Shown here: one piece after another, positions 50,467 through 63,186 of the stretch
How positions within the stretch are numbered: the stretch's first letter is position 1
Layout of the letters: each line of letters opens with the position of its first letter
DNA from: Dendrobates tinctorius
Taxonomy: Eukaryota
Assembly (NCBI RefSeq): GCF_039654945.1
Contig: NW_027361738.1
Location: 77,314,001-77,378,000, forward strand
Length of the DNA stretch: 64,000 nt
Direction: 5' to 3'
Program-made: the position numbers and the translations under genes
Notes under the pieces: generated by a model
Databases searched by the model: none
Told to the model about the DNA's origin: nothing
The model's input: only the letters and a program-made list of their open reading frames with translations

Positions 50467-51394
50467 CTAATGTTTTGAAAATGACTCTTTTGAAGTGGTT
50501 GAACACTTTCTGACCACATTTTTTTAAAAAATCCCTCAACTGTTTTTAACAGAAAAATCAATCTTGAATACCCCCATGGAAAACCACTATGCTGTGTTAC
50601 AATTTCCCTGTAGTGTATACATTGTCAGTGCACACACTACATCCACTATCACATCCGTGGCACTCGAGATGGTAACAGTCAAGTGGGTAACTACTTGACT
50701 CCATCCTATTTTGCACAGGTGCCAAAAATCCTAATCGCATGCTCAGAGGTTCACCTCAACAGCCACTGCCCAATGTTTACACCTGAGATCCATGAGCAAC
50801 AAAGGATCTTGAAATGCAGCTTAAGGAATAATGCTACTTTATGGCAGTGCACAATATTTCAATGCTTTTTAGAAAGTGGTCAATCACTGCAGATAATGCA
50901 GGATGGTAGTATTATACTCACAATTAAGGTAAAGTTTGCAGCTCCTCTGTCGTTTCCTGTTCTCCAGAAGAGGGCTCTATGATTTCTTGGAGACTATATA
51001 TCATGACTTCTGCTCCAAGTCCCATCTTGTATCATGGGAAAAAAAAGGACAGAAAAAGAAGCTGAAGCTGCATCTCCCTCCTCCCCTTGACTTTTATTTA
51101 TGGAAAAATAATTTTTAATATATTGCCCCAATTCCTCATTGTACCTGATTGTCCAACTCCTTGTACAAACATTAAACATCTGTTCCAAAAGATTTCTTTT
51201 AACACTTCTTCAGGTCAGATTGGGGCCCCTTGTACTTCACTGACCCCTGTGAAGATGAATGGGTCTAGATCTCGGAATAAGCAGAAATAGGAAATAATTA
51301 AAACTGTCTATAATTAAAAGATGTAAAAAAATTGTTATCATATCTGTTGTCACTGATTCTCACCCATGAAGCGATTCATGTTTGTATTTTGCAG

Positions 51395-51850
51395 GAAAAC
51401 GGCGACTCATCAAACTGTTTTCCACTTCGGACAATGGAGTCAGCAAAGCTCAAAACTGTTTGTATTTTCGGAACAGGAGATTTTGGAAGATCACTCGGAG
51501 TCAAGTTGCTCCAATGCGGCTATTCTCTTGTTTTCGGGAGCAGAAATCCTAATTCTTCCAATCTCATTCCTAAGGGAGCAGAAATTTTTGGCCACGCAGA
51601 AGCAGTAAAAAAATCTTCAATTATTATCATAGCCATCCACAGAGAACACTATGGTTTTCTTTCTGGTCTTGCTGATGTTTTGAAGGGTAAAGTCTTGGTA
51701 GACGTCAGCAACAATCTGAAAATAAACCAGTACCCGGAATCCAATGCTGAATACCTGGCGGGTTTGTTACCAGGATGCAAAGTAGTTAAGGCTTTCAACA
51801 CAGTCTCTGCCTGGGCGCTGCAGTCTGGAACGTTAGATGCAAGTAGACAG
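51395..51850 (+). CDS. STEAP4: STEAP4 metalloreductase, NADPH-oxidoreductase domain exon
   Basis: TTTTGCAG acceptor and CAG|GTGAGA donor. [11 protein letters not shown] Rossmann motif, [20 protein letters not shown] and [15 protein letters not shown]. Internal ATG at 51434. Confidence 0.93.
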
Positions 51851-53515
51851 GTGAGAAATAAAGATAAACCCATTGGGAAACCAATGAGAGATATATTGGA
51901 GTATAACTATAGGAGGGTCAGAGAGGTGGCAGGCAAACGAAGGTCCTGTTATAAATGGCATATTGTTGTGAGGGGAGCAGCAGGCTCAAATGTTACCACT
52001 GGGGACAAACCTACTAGAAACTCAGCACTTTTGCCAATGCTTTTTGGCTTTGGTTTGTCCATTACATCCCAAAACACATAATCCATTAACACCATTGAAG
52101 TCTTCTTGTAAGGCACTGGTCCTCTTTGTGGAGATCCAGTTGAAAAAAGGGGTGTCACCAGCAAAGCTCTTTGTAGAGATGGGCGACATGCTCGGCACTT
52201 CTCGATTATAGATCGAGCATTGGTGTGCTCAATCGAGTAGAAAGCAATGTCGAGTATCGCGTGATGCTCCAGTGCCCGGATCCCAGTAAGTGAATTAACT
52301 GAACAGAGAGAGATAATGAGAGAATTTTTCCATCCTCCGGAAAAATGCTTGAGTTTGCCATTAACTTCTATTATGCTTGTTACTCGAGTTAAGTACGTCT
52401 GAGTGTCCAAAGTGCCCCATTCGAGTACCAAGCACTCAAGCATTTCAGACTCCATCAACACTACTCTTTAATAAAAGCATGGTCAAAATGAAGAAAATTG
52501 ACATATACGTCAGGAAAGTAGCTGGTGCAAAATCTACATTACGCCTGTCTACATCATGGGCTCTGTTAAAGCTTCTGGAGATTCTTCTGTCTGTTTCTAC
52601 TGCAGCTTTAGCAGCCAGAACAGGGACTTGCCTGGGTCTGGGTGCTATCAATGATTGAGCATTGCCACGATTATAAGTTAGTTCTATTGTTAAACCAACA
52701 GTTAGGGATACCTTAGCATTGAGCACCACCTCAACTCGGGCATGTGTGGAGGTATCATGACCATAAGACTCAAAGGACCCTCTGCCTCATAAGAATACAC
52801 TAGAGAAGAGCAAGAAGAGTCCAACTACCCTGTTTGGCATCCAGTTTGGTTCTCGATGGCAGACAGATCAAGGCAGTGTATAATTCTGCACCGGTAATCC
52901 TCTGCACCGGCCTTCTGGGCACCTCCGACTCTTGGCCCCATGCAACGTCAACATCACAAAAGCCTAGTAAGCAGCAGGATGCCGGTGCAAAAGGGAATAC
53001 AACCATGGTCCGGCTGCCATGAAGGACCCAACTGAATGCGAGACCAGTGTAATCTAAATCTCATTGCTCATCTTTAGAAGACACCAGTATTGTAAATAAC
53101 GTGATAAGGGAAGTATTTTTTTTAAAGGATTTGTTGTAAAGGATTTGGACACCATTTGGGAACTTGTTCGTTTTCTATTATACTAATGAATTTGGGGCTA
53201 AAAATAATTTTTGCAATTGTGTGTCATTAAAAAATGTTGCACCGTTTTGCTTTATTTCCCTGCACCTTTAACTTTGGTCTGTTTGATGTCTGTGCACATA
53301 TTTTAAATCAGCAGAGAAGGGTTGATAAAGGGACAGATAAAAGAATTACAAGCTCTACGTCAGGGTGACCTCATTGCCGAATTCTCCGTTGACTCACTCT
53401 ACAGTCGGCAATGGATAGGAAAACAAAGAGCACATAAAAACCAAACAGCATAATATTTTTTAATGAAAGTTGAAGATAAAAATCTTTTTTAGGCCAAAAT
53501 ACATACAAGTAAAAT

Positions 53516-54210
53516 GGACCCCAAGGTAACATCATCACAGTAAACTACCTGTAATGATGATTACTTCCGCACCTTTATATTATAAATCTGTATCACCGTT
53601 GTCTTGTAATCCATTGGCAAATTCTTATGTTAATGAGCTCGCAACTTCAGGAGTTTGGCCTGCAATTACAGCTCTTTGTCCTCTAACTCTCTTCCTCCTC
53701 CCGGTGCCGCCCTCCTGCCTGTGATTGACAGGTCTGAGGTCACTCATCTATATGACATGGTCCCCCAGCCAACATCCTGTACAGGCGCCGTCATTACAGA
53801 GGTAGAATATGTGTAGTAACGTCCTAAATACGTTGCAAGACCTGGAATATCAATCTGCACATGTGCCGCTACTGGGAATGATGGCACCTGCTTGAGATCT
53901 CAGGTGGGAAAATAGGTCACAGAGACTTACTTCTTGCACAGGTACCATCATTCCCAGAGGCGGCCTCACTCCCAAAATGACGGCATCAGCCAGTGGAGCT
54001 GGTCACATAAGGAGGACGGTGCTAGGAGGAGAAAGAGGCCACAGAGCTATAAGTGCAGATGAAGCCCCTGAAGTTGTGAACTAATTTCCAAAAGAAGTCA
54101 CCAATGGATTGATTACAAAACAACAGAGACACAGAATTGTAATAAAATAGTCATGGACGTAATCATCATTACGTGTATTTTAAACTGTGATAACATTAAT
54201 TTGGGGTGTA
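53516..54210. mobile_element. Degenerate MITE with long subterminal inverted repeats (STEAP4 intron)
   Basis: GTAATGATGATTAC...ACTTCAGG on the left is mirrored by CCTGAAGT...GTAATCATCATTAC on the right. Confidence 0.55.
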
Positions 54211-54456
54211 CAAACCTACTGACAGGCTTAAAATACGCTTTATCACAGGCAAAGGAAACAGCTTATAGAGTAGGATAAATACTTAATTAAAAAAAACATC
54301 ATTTCAACAGTAAGTGTCCAACTTTTGTGCAGCACCCCCACTGGGGAAATGAAACATTACACACTTCCAATCTTATCAATGCATTATGTGTATAAGGGTA
54401 TGTTCACACTAGGCATTTTTTCAGCGTTTTTTTTTCTGCAGCAAGACCTGATCTTA

Positions 54457-54904
54457 GGCTAGGTTCGCATTTGTGGCTGGGCAAGCTGCGGACGTCCTCC
54501 CTGAAGCTCCGCCCACGGCCGCACCTCCTCTGGACAGTGCTGCCTACGGCCGCATGCGGCCTGCGTACCCTATCTCTAACATTGGGTACGCAGTCCATGA
54601 GGATGTATGCGGATGCGTCCGCATGTGTCGTTTTGACGATGCGACAAAAAACAAGTTTCAACATGGTGTGTTACATGGTGCGTTTGACGTAGGTCACTGC
54701 ACCGTCAAAACAACGCATGCGGAAGCATCCACATACTGTGGCATGACCTGCGTACCCAATGCTAAAGGTAGGATACGCAGGCCGCATGCAGAAGTATGCG
54801 GCAGTAGGCGGAGCTAACCGGAGGAGGTGCAGCCGTGGGCGGAGCTTCACGGAGGACGTCCGCAGCCCTCCACAGCTCACCCAGCTGCAAATGTGAACCT
54901 AGCC
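54457..54904. mobile_element. PIF/Harbinger-type fold-back MITE nested in a second Harbinger-type MITE starting at 54396
   Basis: TTA|GGCTAGGTTCGCATTT...AAATGTGAACCTAGCC|TCA, with a near-palindromic interior. The host element begins TAA|GGGTATGTTCACAC. Confidence 0.8.
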
Positions 54905-55318
54905 TCAGGAAAGAAGCTGCAGAAAAAAAGCATATTTTTTTTGTGTTTTTTTTGCTGCTTTTTGATTCGTTTTTTGTGCTTTTTTTGTGTCAGTTTTAGC
55001 ATGCTAGATTTGTCTCTTGTTCATGCTGATAAAGTTTAGTGTTGAAAAAAAAGTTCAGGTTTTGACAAAAAAAAAAATACCGTTCCAAAAAAACAAAACC
55101 TGAGTTTTTTTCAGCGTTTCGTGACAATTGGCAAACGCAATGATTTACGCAAGGACATTGAAACAGGAGGGCCTTTGTAAGAAGTTAGAAGGGTCCACTC
55201 ATAACTTGGCATCATGGCCGATGCCTCTACGTGACAGCCATAGCTCAAATATCTTTGATTTTAAAAAGTAGACGCTCGTGATTACACAATTTTGAAACGT
55301 TGACTTGTCTCGCAACAG

Positions 55319-55846
55319 GTCTTTATGTGTGGTGACGACAACAAGGCAAAGGAAGAAGTGATGGAGATCGCCCGTTCTCTTGGACTTACACCTCTGGACC
55401 AAGGATCTCTACTGGCAGCCAACGAGATAGAGAACTACCCCCTACAACTATTTCCTATGTGGAGACTGCCATGTTACATCTGTGCCGGATTCACGGTGTT
55501 GATTTTCCTCTATTGCTTGGTGACTGAAGTGTTTCATCCCTTGGCTGATAGAAAAGAAGACACCTCGTATCTTATTGCCATAGCTATTCCTAACAGAGTG
55601 TTCCCTATTGTGTCCCTTATCCTTCTGGCTTTAGTTTACCTAGCAGGAATCATTGCCGCTATCATCCAACTCTATAGAGGCACAAAATATAGCCGCTTCC
55701 CCAACTGGCTGGACCAATGGATGCTCTGCCGAAAGCAGCTGGGACTTATAGCCTTGGCGTATGCTTTTCTACATGCTATCTACACCTTGGTTATGCCTAT
55801 TCGGTACTATGTACGATGGTGGGCGGACTATTATCTAGTCAAACAG
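55319..55846 (+). CDS. STEAP4: STEAP4 exon (528 nt; linker and TM1-TM3)
   Basis: CAACAG acceptor and CAG|GTAATC donor, phase 0. [31 protein letters not shown] and the heme His in LHAIYTL. Confidence 0.95.
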
Positions 55847-56299
55847 GTAATCAGTGCTATACTATAATAGAACCAGAACTCTAATATTTGCAGGTTGCTC
55901 GTTGTTACATTTATGGGCTTTGCCAGAGAAAGTAGAGTTTACGATAAAGTTTTCAATAATTTCTACTGTATGGATGCATTTTATTGTCTCCCATTCCCAT
56001 GTTTTATTATGTTTTTCTTTAGGGATACATGAAGAAACATATAGGGCCGGCTGCAAAAATGCCCTTTAGAGGGACCATATGATCAGAAAATAACAAAATT
56101 TAAATTAAGTTTGTATTTTTTTTAATGAATTTTGGTGACATTATTTCATTTGTCAAGTCTTTGAATTTTAAAGTATCATAAAATCTTAAAATAGTTTGAC
56201 ATTTCATGTTCTATACAGATGACTTTTCAGCAGTCTCATTTTCATCAAAGGCAGAACTACAATGGCAAATACAGTATACAATAGATAACTTTGGATAAG

Positions 56300-57465
56300 C
56301 AACAGGTGATGTCACAGCTCACCACCTCCTCCTGTACAATGACAAATAACACCTCTATGTATATAGTTGATAACACAAGATCTACCATTCACAATAGATG
56401 ATGTCACAGCTCACCTCCTCCTCCTGTACAATGACTGATAACATCTCTATAAACAGTAGATAACACAGGATCCACCATTCACAATATTTGATGTCACAGC
56501 TCACCTCCTCTTGTACAATGACTGATAACACCTCTATACTGTATACAGTATATAACACAGGATCCACCATTCACATTAGGTAATGTCACAGCTCACCTCC
56601 TCTTCTACAATGACTGATAACACAAGATTCACCATTCACAATAGATGCTGTCACAGCTCACCTCCTACTGTACAATGACTGATAACATCTCTATATACAG
56701 TACATAATACAGGATCCACCATTCACAATAGGGGATGTCACAGCTCACTTCCTCCTGTACAATGACTGATAACACCTCTATATATATATATAGAGTAGAA
56801 AGTACAGAATCCACCATTCACAATAGGTGATATCACACCTTACCTCCTCCTCCTGTACAATGATTAATAATACCTCAATATACAATAGCTAACACAGGAT
56901 CTACCGTTCACAATAGGTGATATCACAGCTCACCTCCTCCTCCTGTATAATGACTGATAATACCTCTATATACAGTAGATAACACAGGATACTCCACTCA
57001 CAATAGGTGATATTACAGCTCACCTCCTCCTCCTGTACAATGACTGATAACACCTCTATATACAGTAGATAACACAGGATCCACAGTTCACAATAGATGG
57101 TATCACAGCTCACCTTCTCCTCCTGTACAATGACGGAAAACACCTCTATATACAGTAGATAACACAGGATCCACCATTCCAATAGGTGATATCACAGCTC
57201 ACCTCCTTCTGTATAATTACTGATAGCACCTTTCTATACAGTAGATAACACAGGATCCTCCACTCACAATAGGTGATGTCACAGCTCACCTCCTCCCCCT
57301 GTACAATGACTGATAACACCTCTATATACAGTAGATAACACAGGATCCACCATTCCAATAGGTGATATCACAGCTCACCTCCTCCTCCTGTATAATTACT
57401 GATAGCACCTTTCTATACAGTAGATAACACAGGATCCACCATTCACAATAGGTAATGTCACAGCT
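56300..57465. repeat. 90-bp minisatellite, ~13 copies, in a STEAP4 intron
   Basis: Unit CACAATAGGTGATGTCACAGCTCACCTCCTCCTCCTGTACAATGACTGATAACACCTCTATATACAGTAGATAACACAGGATCCACCATT, with period 90 (e.g. 56909, 56999). Confidence 0.95.
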
Positions 57466-57594
57466 ATGATATATACAGTAATACAGTAAGTAAAAATAGA
57501 TTTTTTTTAACATAAGTGCTGTATGAACATTTTTGATGTATAGTATATATTGGGGAAAAGGGGAAGTGGAAGGTGTCTGAGATTAGGACTATAA

Positions 57595-57788
57595 GGCCGG
57601 GATCACACAGCGAGAAACTCAGCCGAGTCTCGCATGTTAATACCCGGCACTGCCGCCGGCACTGGGGAGCGGAGAATGCGGCTACATGTATTTCTATGCG
57701 GTCGCACACTCTGATCCGAAAGCTGGCGGCAGTGCCGGGTATTAACATGCGAGACTCGGCTGAGTTTCTCTCATGTGTGATCCCAGCC
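57595..57788. mobile_element. Harbinger/Tourist-like hairpin MITE, TSD TAA
   Basis: TAA|GGCCGGGATCACACA...TGTGTGATCCCAGCC|TAA with ~60-bp near-perfect arms. Confidence 0.88.
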
Positions 57789-57845
57789 TAATGGTCGCGT
57801 GAAAGATTTTCTAGAATTAATACTAGTCCTTATTGTTTCTTTCAG

Positions 57846-58010
57846 ATAAAAAACAATGACACATACCCATTCAGAAACTACTATGCCTGGCTTTCTGACT
57901 CCTATGTAGCATTGGGCATACTAGGATTTTTCTTTTACGCTTTATTAGGCATCACATCACTGCCATCAGTAAGTAATGCTGTCAACTGGCGAGAATTTCG
58001 TTTTGTACAG
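57846..58010 (+). CDS. STEAP4: STEAP4 exon (165 nt), absent from the ORF track
   Basis: TTTCAG acceptor and CAG|GTGAGT donor. Translates [55 protein letters not shown]. Confidence 0.95.
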
Positions 58011-58303
58011 GTGAGTACATTGTATAATCCAATACTTGTTCCTTTTTAAAATTTGTGATTAGAAAATTGGCTTTGCAATTAATCTTTGTGTTCTTCACTA
58101 TTTTCAGTAAAATCATTTTTATTAATTACCCTTATGGGGACTGGATTTATATTTTTATAGGATTTTTTGTATTGTGGAATATGTAGATTATCATTTTTAT
58201 ATATCTTTTCATTTTGAATTATTATTTTTTCTTCAATGCTATTGCTTTTCTTTTTCAAGTTTGCGACTAACTCATTTTTTTAATGTTGTATTACTTTTTA
58301 CAG

Positions 58304-58549
58304 TCAAAATTAGGCTACCTGACTTTGGTGCTGTGTACTGCACATACACTTGTCTACGGTGGGGACAGATTCATCTATGGACCTTTCTACCGATGGTATC
58401 TCCCTCCAGCTTTTGTGGTTTCATTAATTATCCCATGTGCCGTACTGGTCGTGAAATTCATCCTGATTGTGCCATGTCTGGACCAGAGGATCACAAAAAT
58501 CCGCCAGGGATGGGAAAGGAAATCAAAGGCGACTAATAATGACAGCTGA
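58304..58549 (+). CDS. STEAP4: STEAP4 last coding exon
   Basis: TTTTTACAG acceptor. [20 protein letters not shown] (second heme His)...KIRQGWER...stop TGA. Confidence 0.95.
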   Translation, partial: SKLGYLTLVLCTAHTLVYGGDRFIYGPFYRWYLPPAFVVSLIIPCAVLVVKFILIVPCLDQRITKIRQGWERKSKATNNDS

Positions 58550-58580
58550 AACATACAACCATTCATGGACATGCTTCAAT

Positions 58581-58586
58581 AATAAA
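58581..58586 (+). promoter_or_regulatory. Candidate proximal polyadenylation signal
   Basis: AATAAA ~30 nt after the STEAP4 stop codon. Whether it is used is unknown. Confidence 0.3.
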
Positions 58587-60324
58587 AAGGACAAACATAT
58601 CCCCAAGGGCACTGTAAGGAACGACTAAAAATATTGGCATCATTGATGGAGCCTATATGACATCTTCACTGGGTTGGGAGGAATTTTCAGTCCTTCTCTG
58701 AAACAATGTGACCTCTGGACATCTGGTGGGTATTTGATTGGTCGGAGAAGTCGCAGGCCACACCCTTGCGGAACACTGATGCATAAAAGCCAACTATCCC
58801 TATTTTGCCAAGACTGTCCTGATTTTCTCTTAAATAGTCCCAGCAAATTTTACATTTCCCAGGAGGAAAAGGGTCGGGTTTACACAACCTCCCCTACAAA
58901 TATTGGTTCTGTTTGGGATCGGAAGCGAGATCACGCAGAATCTAGGAAGGACTAAACCGTTTCTACAGTGCCAATGCCAATGTTGATAAAGGTTCTAATG
59001 CCTCCTTTTTTGTCAGGGCATCTGGTGATAGTTTCAGACTCTTTGGACCTGCATTTTTGTGCTACACTATCATCTGACTACAAGGGGATTGTGTTAAGCA
59101 AACATTAGATGTTACGGGGTTCATAAAACATGGAGCAAAGCTCGGTTTGGTCCCCTTCACATTTTTCTATGAGCTGAACTCCCCTCACATGTACACAGTA
59201 GTTGCAGACAATTATATAGAGATGAGCTGATTAACACTAAAGGAATCAAATCTGTGATTAATTTTTGAATACTTAATTTGTGCAAATCCAGCAAACAGTG
59301 GTGGCCTGTGTTCTGCCATTCTTCTGAATTCTGAGGGCCAAGAAGGGGTTAAAAAACAACTCATCACACTTTTTTTGTCTTTGCTGTGCCCTCAGATTGA
59401 ATACTTTTTTCCTTCTTATGGGTCTTCAGGAAGGCATCATTTGGTCACATGGGGAGCGATGTACATCAATGACATGCATGGTGTCGCATGTGATAACATG
59501 GGGCACAACGCAAGTCATTAAGGGGACATTTCTAAGTTGGCTCTTGAGCAGCTCAGAGCTGTGCAATCTCCTTACTTCCTTGTTGTTTGGGGGACAGGTG
59601 CTCCTCCTTGAGTAACAGTTCTGTCAGTCCTGCTGAAGCACAAGAAAATCCTGATGCTGAGGATTATGATTCTACAGGACTGATAAGAGAACTCTCATTA
59701 GGAGCTGAGATGAAAGGAGAGGCAGGTGAACAGCTAAAAGTTGTATTGAAATCAATGGCCTAGAGAGAACTGACTGTGATATTAGAAGTTAACTCCTCAG
59801 CCTGTAATGTAACTACTGTGAGCATTTTGACACCAGGGTCCGGTGGCCAAGCTTCTTGTAAACAAGCTGTACACTATGTATGATAAAAGATCTCATTAAA
59901 GATGAATGACAGTAAATAGAAAAAGCAAGTCAATTGCAAACTTGCTTATTTTCATGTTATCTAATTAACTGAGGCAATTTAATAACTTGAGAATCCTCCT
60001 TTTATGTCATTGACATGCTAAAAGAACTTGAGGGAGGGTAACATGCAAGAAGAGACCTTTTGGAGGACCAAGCAGGCAACACTGATTGCAGGATAGGTAA
60101 GAGGAGGGCTGAGAAGAGTTGAGTTAGAGCTTATCAGCCTTTTTTGCCCCTTACTGGCAGATTTAAGTTACATTGAATTTCCTTGATGGAAACAAAATTG
60201 AGCGAATTGACCCAAATTCAACTTTGGGAGATTTGACGTTATGAATCAAGAAGGGTCTCTATGCTAACATCTATTCCATATGGATATAATGGGTACAAGG
60301 TTCCATTTCTAGAGGGTTAAACAG

Positions 60325-60690
60325 CTCTCCTGACATGTTTGTATTAGTAAAGATTTACATTACCCATCATATAAAAACTCTAAAACATCTTATCCAAAAA
60401 TTCTAATTATTGCCGTTCCTCTGTTATCCTTCCTGCAAAGTGGGTGTTACCAGCACGGGATGTGTCTCTATATAACCTCATACTGTCCAATCAGCGCTGG
60501 CAGTGTCACCCTGTGGAAGGACACACCCTATTGTCAAGGGGAATTGTCACACCAAGTTGTCAGTTTATTCATACAATTCTAAGAGTAATAACAGCACAGC
60601 AAAAACATAAGAGATAAGATGGTCTAGAAATGTTATTTTATAGGGAATACACAACTCTACTTAGACAGACATGTCAGGAGAGGTGACAGG
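60325..60690. mobile_element. Degenerate MITE (Kolobok/T2-like)
   Basis: CTCTCCTGACATGT at the left end is mirrored by ACATGTCAGGAGAG at the right end. Confidence 0.55.
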
Positions 60691-61326
60691 TGCTTCAGGG
60701 TTGCATCATGCAGTCATCTAATCCCATATCTTCATCTACATGCACCATGAATAATATTTATCTCCAAAGTCATGCACATTTTATATACATTAAGCCTTAC
60801 ATTATAGTAGTGACATTTGTTTAAGTTTCATATTGAACGTGGTATATGCCAAATATTTAAAGGGCCATTCAAATTTATTAAAAATAAAAATTTACTGTAT
60901 ATCTGTTTTTTATCATTTTTTCTGAAAATAAATAATAGTCAAAATTCTAAACTTGAGAGTCCTGGGGTTTGTCTGCAGCATAACTTGCTCACTGACTGTA
61001 CAATTACTTGGCAGTATGGCCTGCTTTGTTTAAAAAGGTCCTCGAACTCATGGGGGCAAATATACGAGTCCTGTGTAATGTTTAGACTTCCTAAGACCAG
61101 AAAGCCTGAGAATGAGCTAAATATATCCATGTGGTTCATCCTACGTGATAACAGGAGGGTGTCTTCAGACCTTTATGTTTCATTTTACTCTCGGTTGGCT
61201 TACTTTTTTAAAAAAAAAAAAATTTTGCACCAAAATTTTTTGAGGTTTGTTGGCCCATTGTAAACCAGGCCCTCTTTTCAGATGAGTCATGCCTCTTCCG
61301 TGCAAAACCATTTTCCCTTCTTGAGT

Positions 61327-61551
61327 AGAGATGAGTGAATTTGTTTGGATTTTGGCCCCGAATCTGATTTTGACATATTCGAGCCATATTCGAACACTAT
61401 TCATGCCGAAGGTATGTCTTGTGATCGGTTCCGAACAAATTTGGTAATTTCTACTCCCATTGACTCTAATGACGTCCGGCTGTGTATTGCATAAACAATA
61501 TTCGATTCCGATCGTATCTGGAACCAAATACAAACAAATTCGCTCATCTCT
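61327..61551. mobile_element. Short MITE
   Basis: AGAGATGAGTGAATTTGTTTG...CAAACAAATTCGCTCATCTCT inverted termini. Confidence 0.7.
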
Positions 61552-62118
61552 CTTCTTGAGTGACCCGAAACAGTGTTTAAGCATATAATATCTAAAACTG
61601 GATTACAAACTTTGTCAAAATTTTTCACAAAATCAAATCTTATTGCTTCTTGCGTGCCCTCAGCTCTGGGCCAGTTCATCTAGCTGAATACCTTAAAAGT
61701 GTTTTTCCTCTAGAGGCATGCATCACTTATCAGGATGGGTCAGTAACTTTATGATGCTGGTGGCGGTCCATTTACTAGAGCCTTTACCGATCATGAGAAC
61801 GATGGTCCTCTGTCCACCATGTGCATGGAGTGGCAATGCTCATGTGTCACTAGTGATGAACGAACGTGCTCGGATAAGGTGTTATCCGACCATGCTCGCA
61901 TGCTAACAGAGTGACCTCGATCGTGCGCTCGAACAGTATGTTCTACAGCCGCAACACATGCAGGGATGGCCTAACAAACAGGCAATCCATGCATGAATTG
62001 CGCCTGTCGAATAGCCACGGGGACTCAAACAAATTTTTTGAGCACTCCGAAGACACTGAGTTACCACACGAGCATGGTCGGATAACTCACTATGTATAAC
62101 CAACTTTCTATTCAATGT

Positions 62119-62455
62119 CTATGGGAGCAGTGGCACATCAGTGAAAAGAGTGATACTGTTGTGTGTAAACCAGGTATTGGTACTTTTGGCAGTGTGGACA
62201 GGGGCCAGGTCCTGCTGGAGAATGTCATTTCCATCTCCAATAAGCTTGTCGGCAGAGGGAAGCATGAAGTGCTCTAAAATTTCCTGGTAGACGGCTGCGC
62301 TGACTTTGGTCTTGATAAAGCACAGTGGACCTACACCAGCAGATGACATGGCCCCCCAAACCATCACTGATTGTGGAAACTTCACACTAGACCTCAAGCA
62401 ACTTGGATTGTGGCCTCTCCACTCTTCCTCCAGACTCTGGAACCTCGATTTCCAA
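62119..62455 (-). mobile_element. Tc1-like transposase internal fragment
   Basis: SSVKFPQSVMVWGAMSSAGVGPLCFI...YQEILEHFMLPSA...QQDLAPVHTAKST. Confidence 0.88.
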
Positions 62456-63186
62456 GGTGTAGCGTGAGGTTTCCACAATCAGTGATGGTTTGTTAATAAT
62501 CAGTAAATGCTTAGTAGACAGTTGTGAGATGATAATAATAACCTGAGAAGCTACATGTTTATTATCCCCTTCTGAGACTATAAACATCAACCTCAGCTGT
62601 CACCTTTCCCTCTGCTGGTTAAGAATAATATGGGGGACCCCACACCATTTTTTTCTGTTATTCTATCTGTATATCTCTTCTACTGTATTCTAACGGTTCA
62701 CACTGTGAATTTTCTGTACTCGACTGACTCGACTGATGAAATGTCCAGTTTTCTATGAGATGGTTGCGTAAAAATCGCACGACACCCGCATGGTCCTTAG
62801 GTTGTGCGCTTTTTTGCAGCACCCATTGACTTTTATTGGTCAATCTCAGCCGTGTCATGCAGCCATACGCAGCATGCTGAGAATTTTTCCTCATCCCAAT
62901 TCAATTCCAGGTGAGGAGAAACTGCCAAATGAGCGCTGCCTCATTAACTAATATGGTAGTGAGTGCAATGCAAGATTTTCTCACATTGCATTCGCCAAGT
63001 TTATAGGCTGATGTGAGCGCATCCTTAAGATGTAGGCAGCCATGATAATTATAGCTACTTACAAAATCTTTCAATACTTCAGAAATGGATATTGGGCACC
63101 TGATGCTTTTGCAAATGAGGCGCAGAATTAAGAGGCAATGAAAGATGTGATAATTTAGGTATAAAAATGAAAAATCTGAATTATTG

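Noticed and set aside
51332-52081. 249-aa ORF as a stand-alone oxidoreductase gene
   Set aside because: Only 51395-51850 is exon. The flanks are intron read-through past clear splice sites.
52377-53022. Short intronic ORFs as a nested gene in STEAP4
   Set aside because: No recognisable domain or splice structure. Probably a decayed repeat fragment.
56300-57465. Regular repeats resembling a CRISPR array (also 2745-3645 and 1-430)
   Set aside because: These are head-to-tail tandem units without unique spacers, there are no cas genes, and the context is vertebrate and intron-containing.
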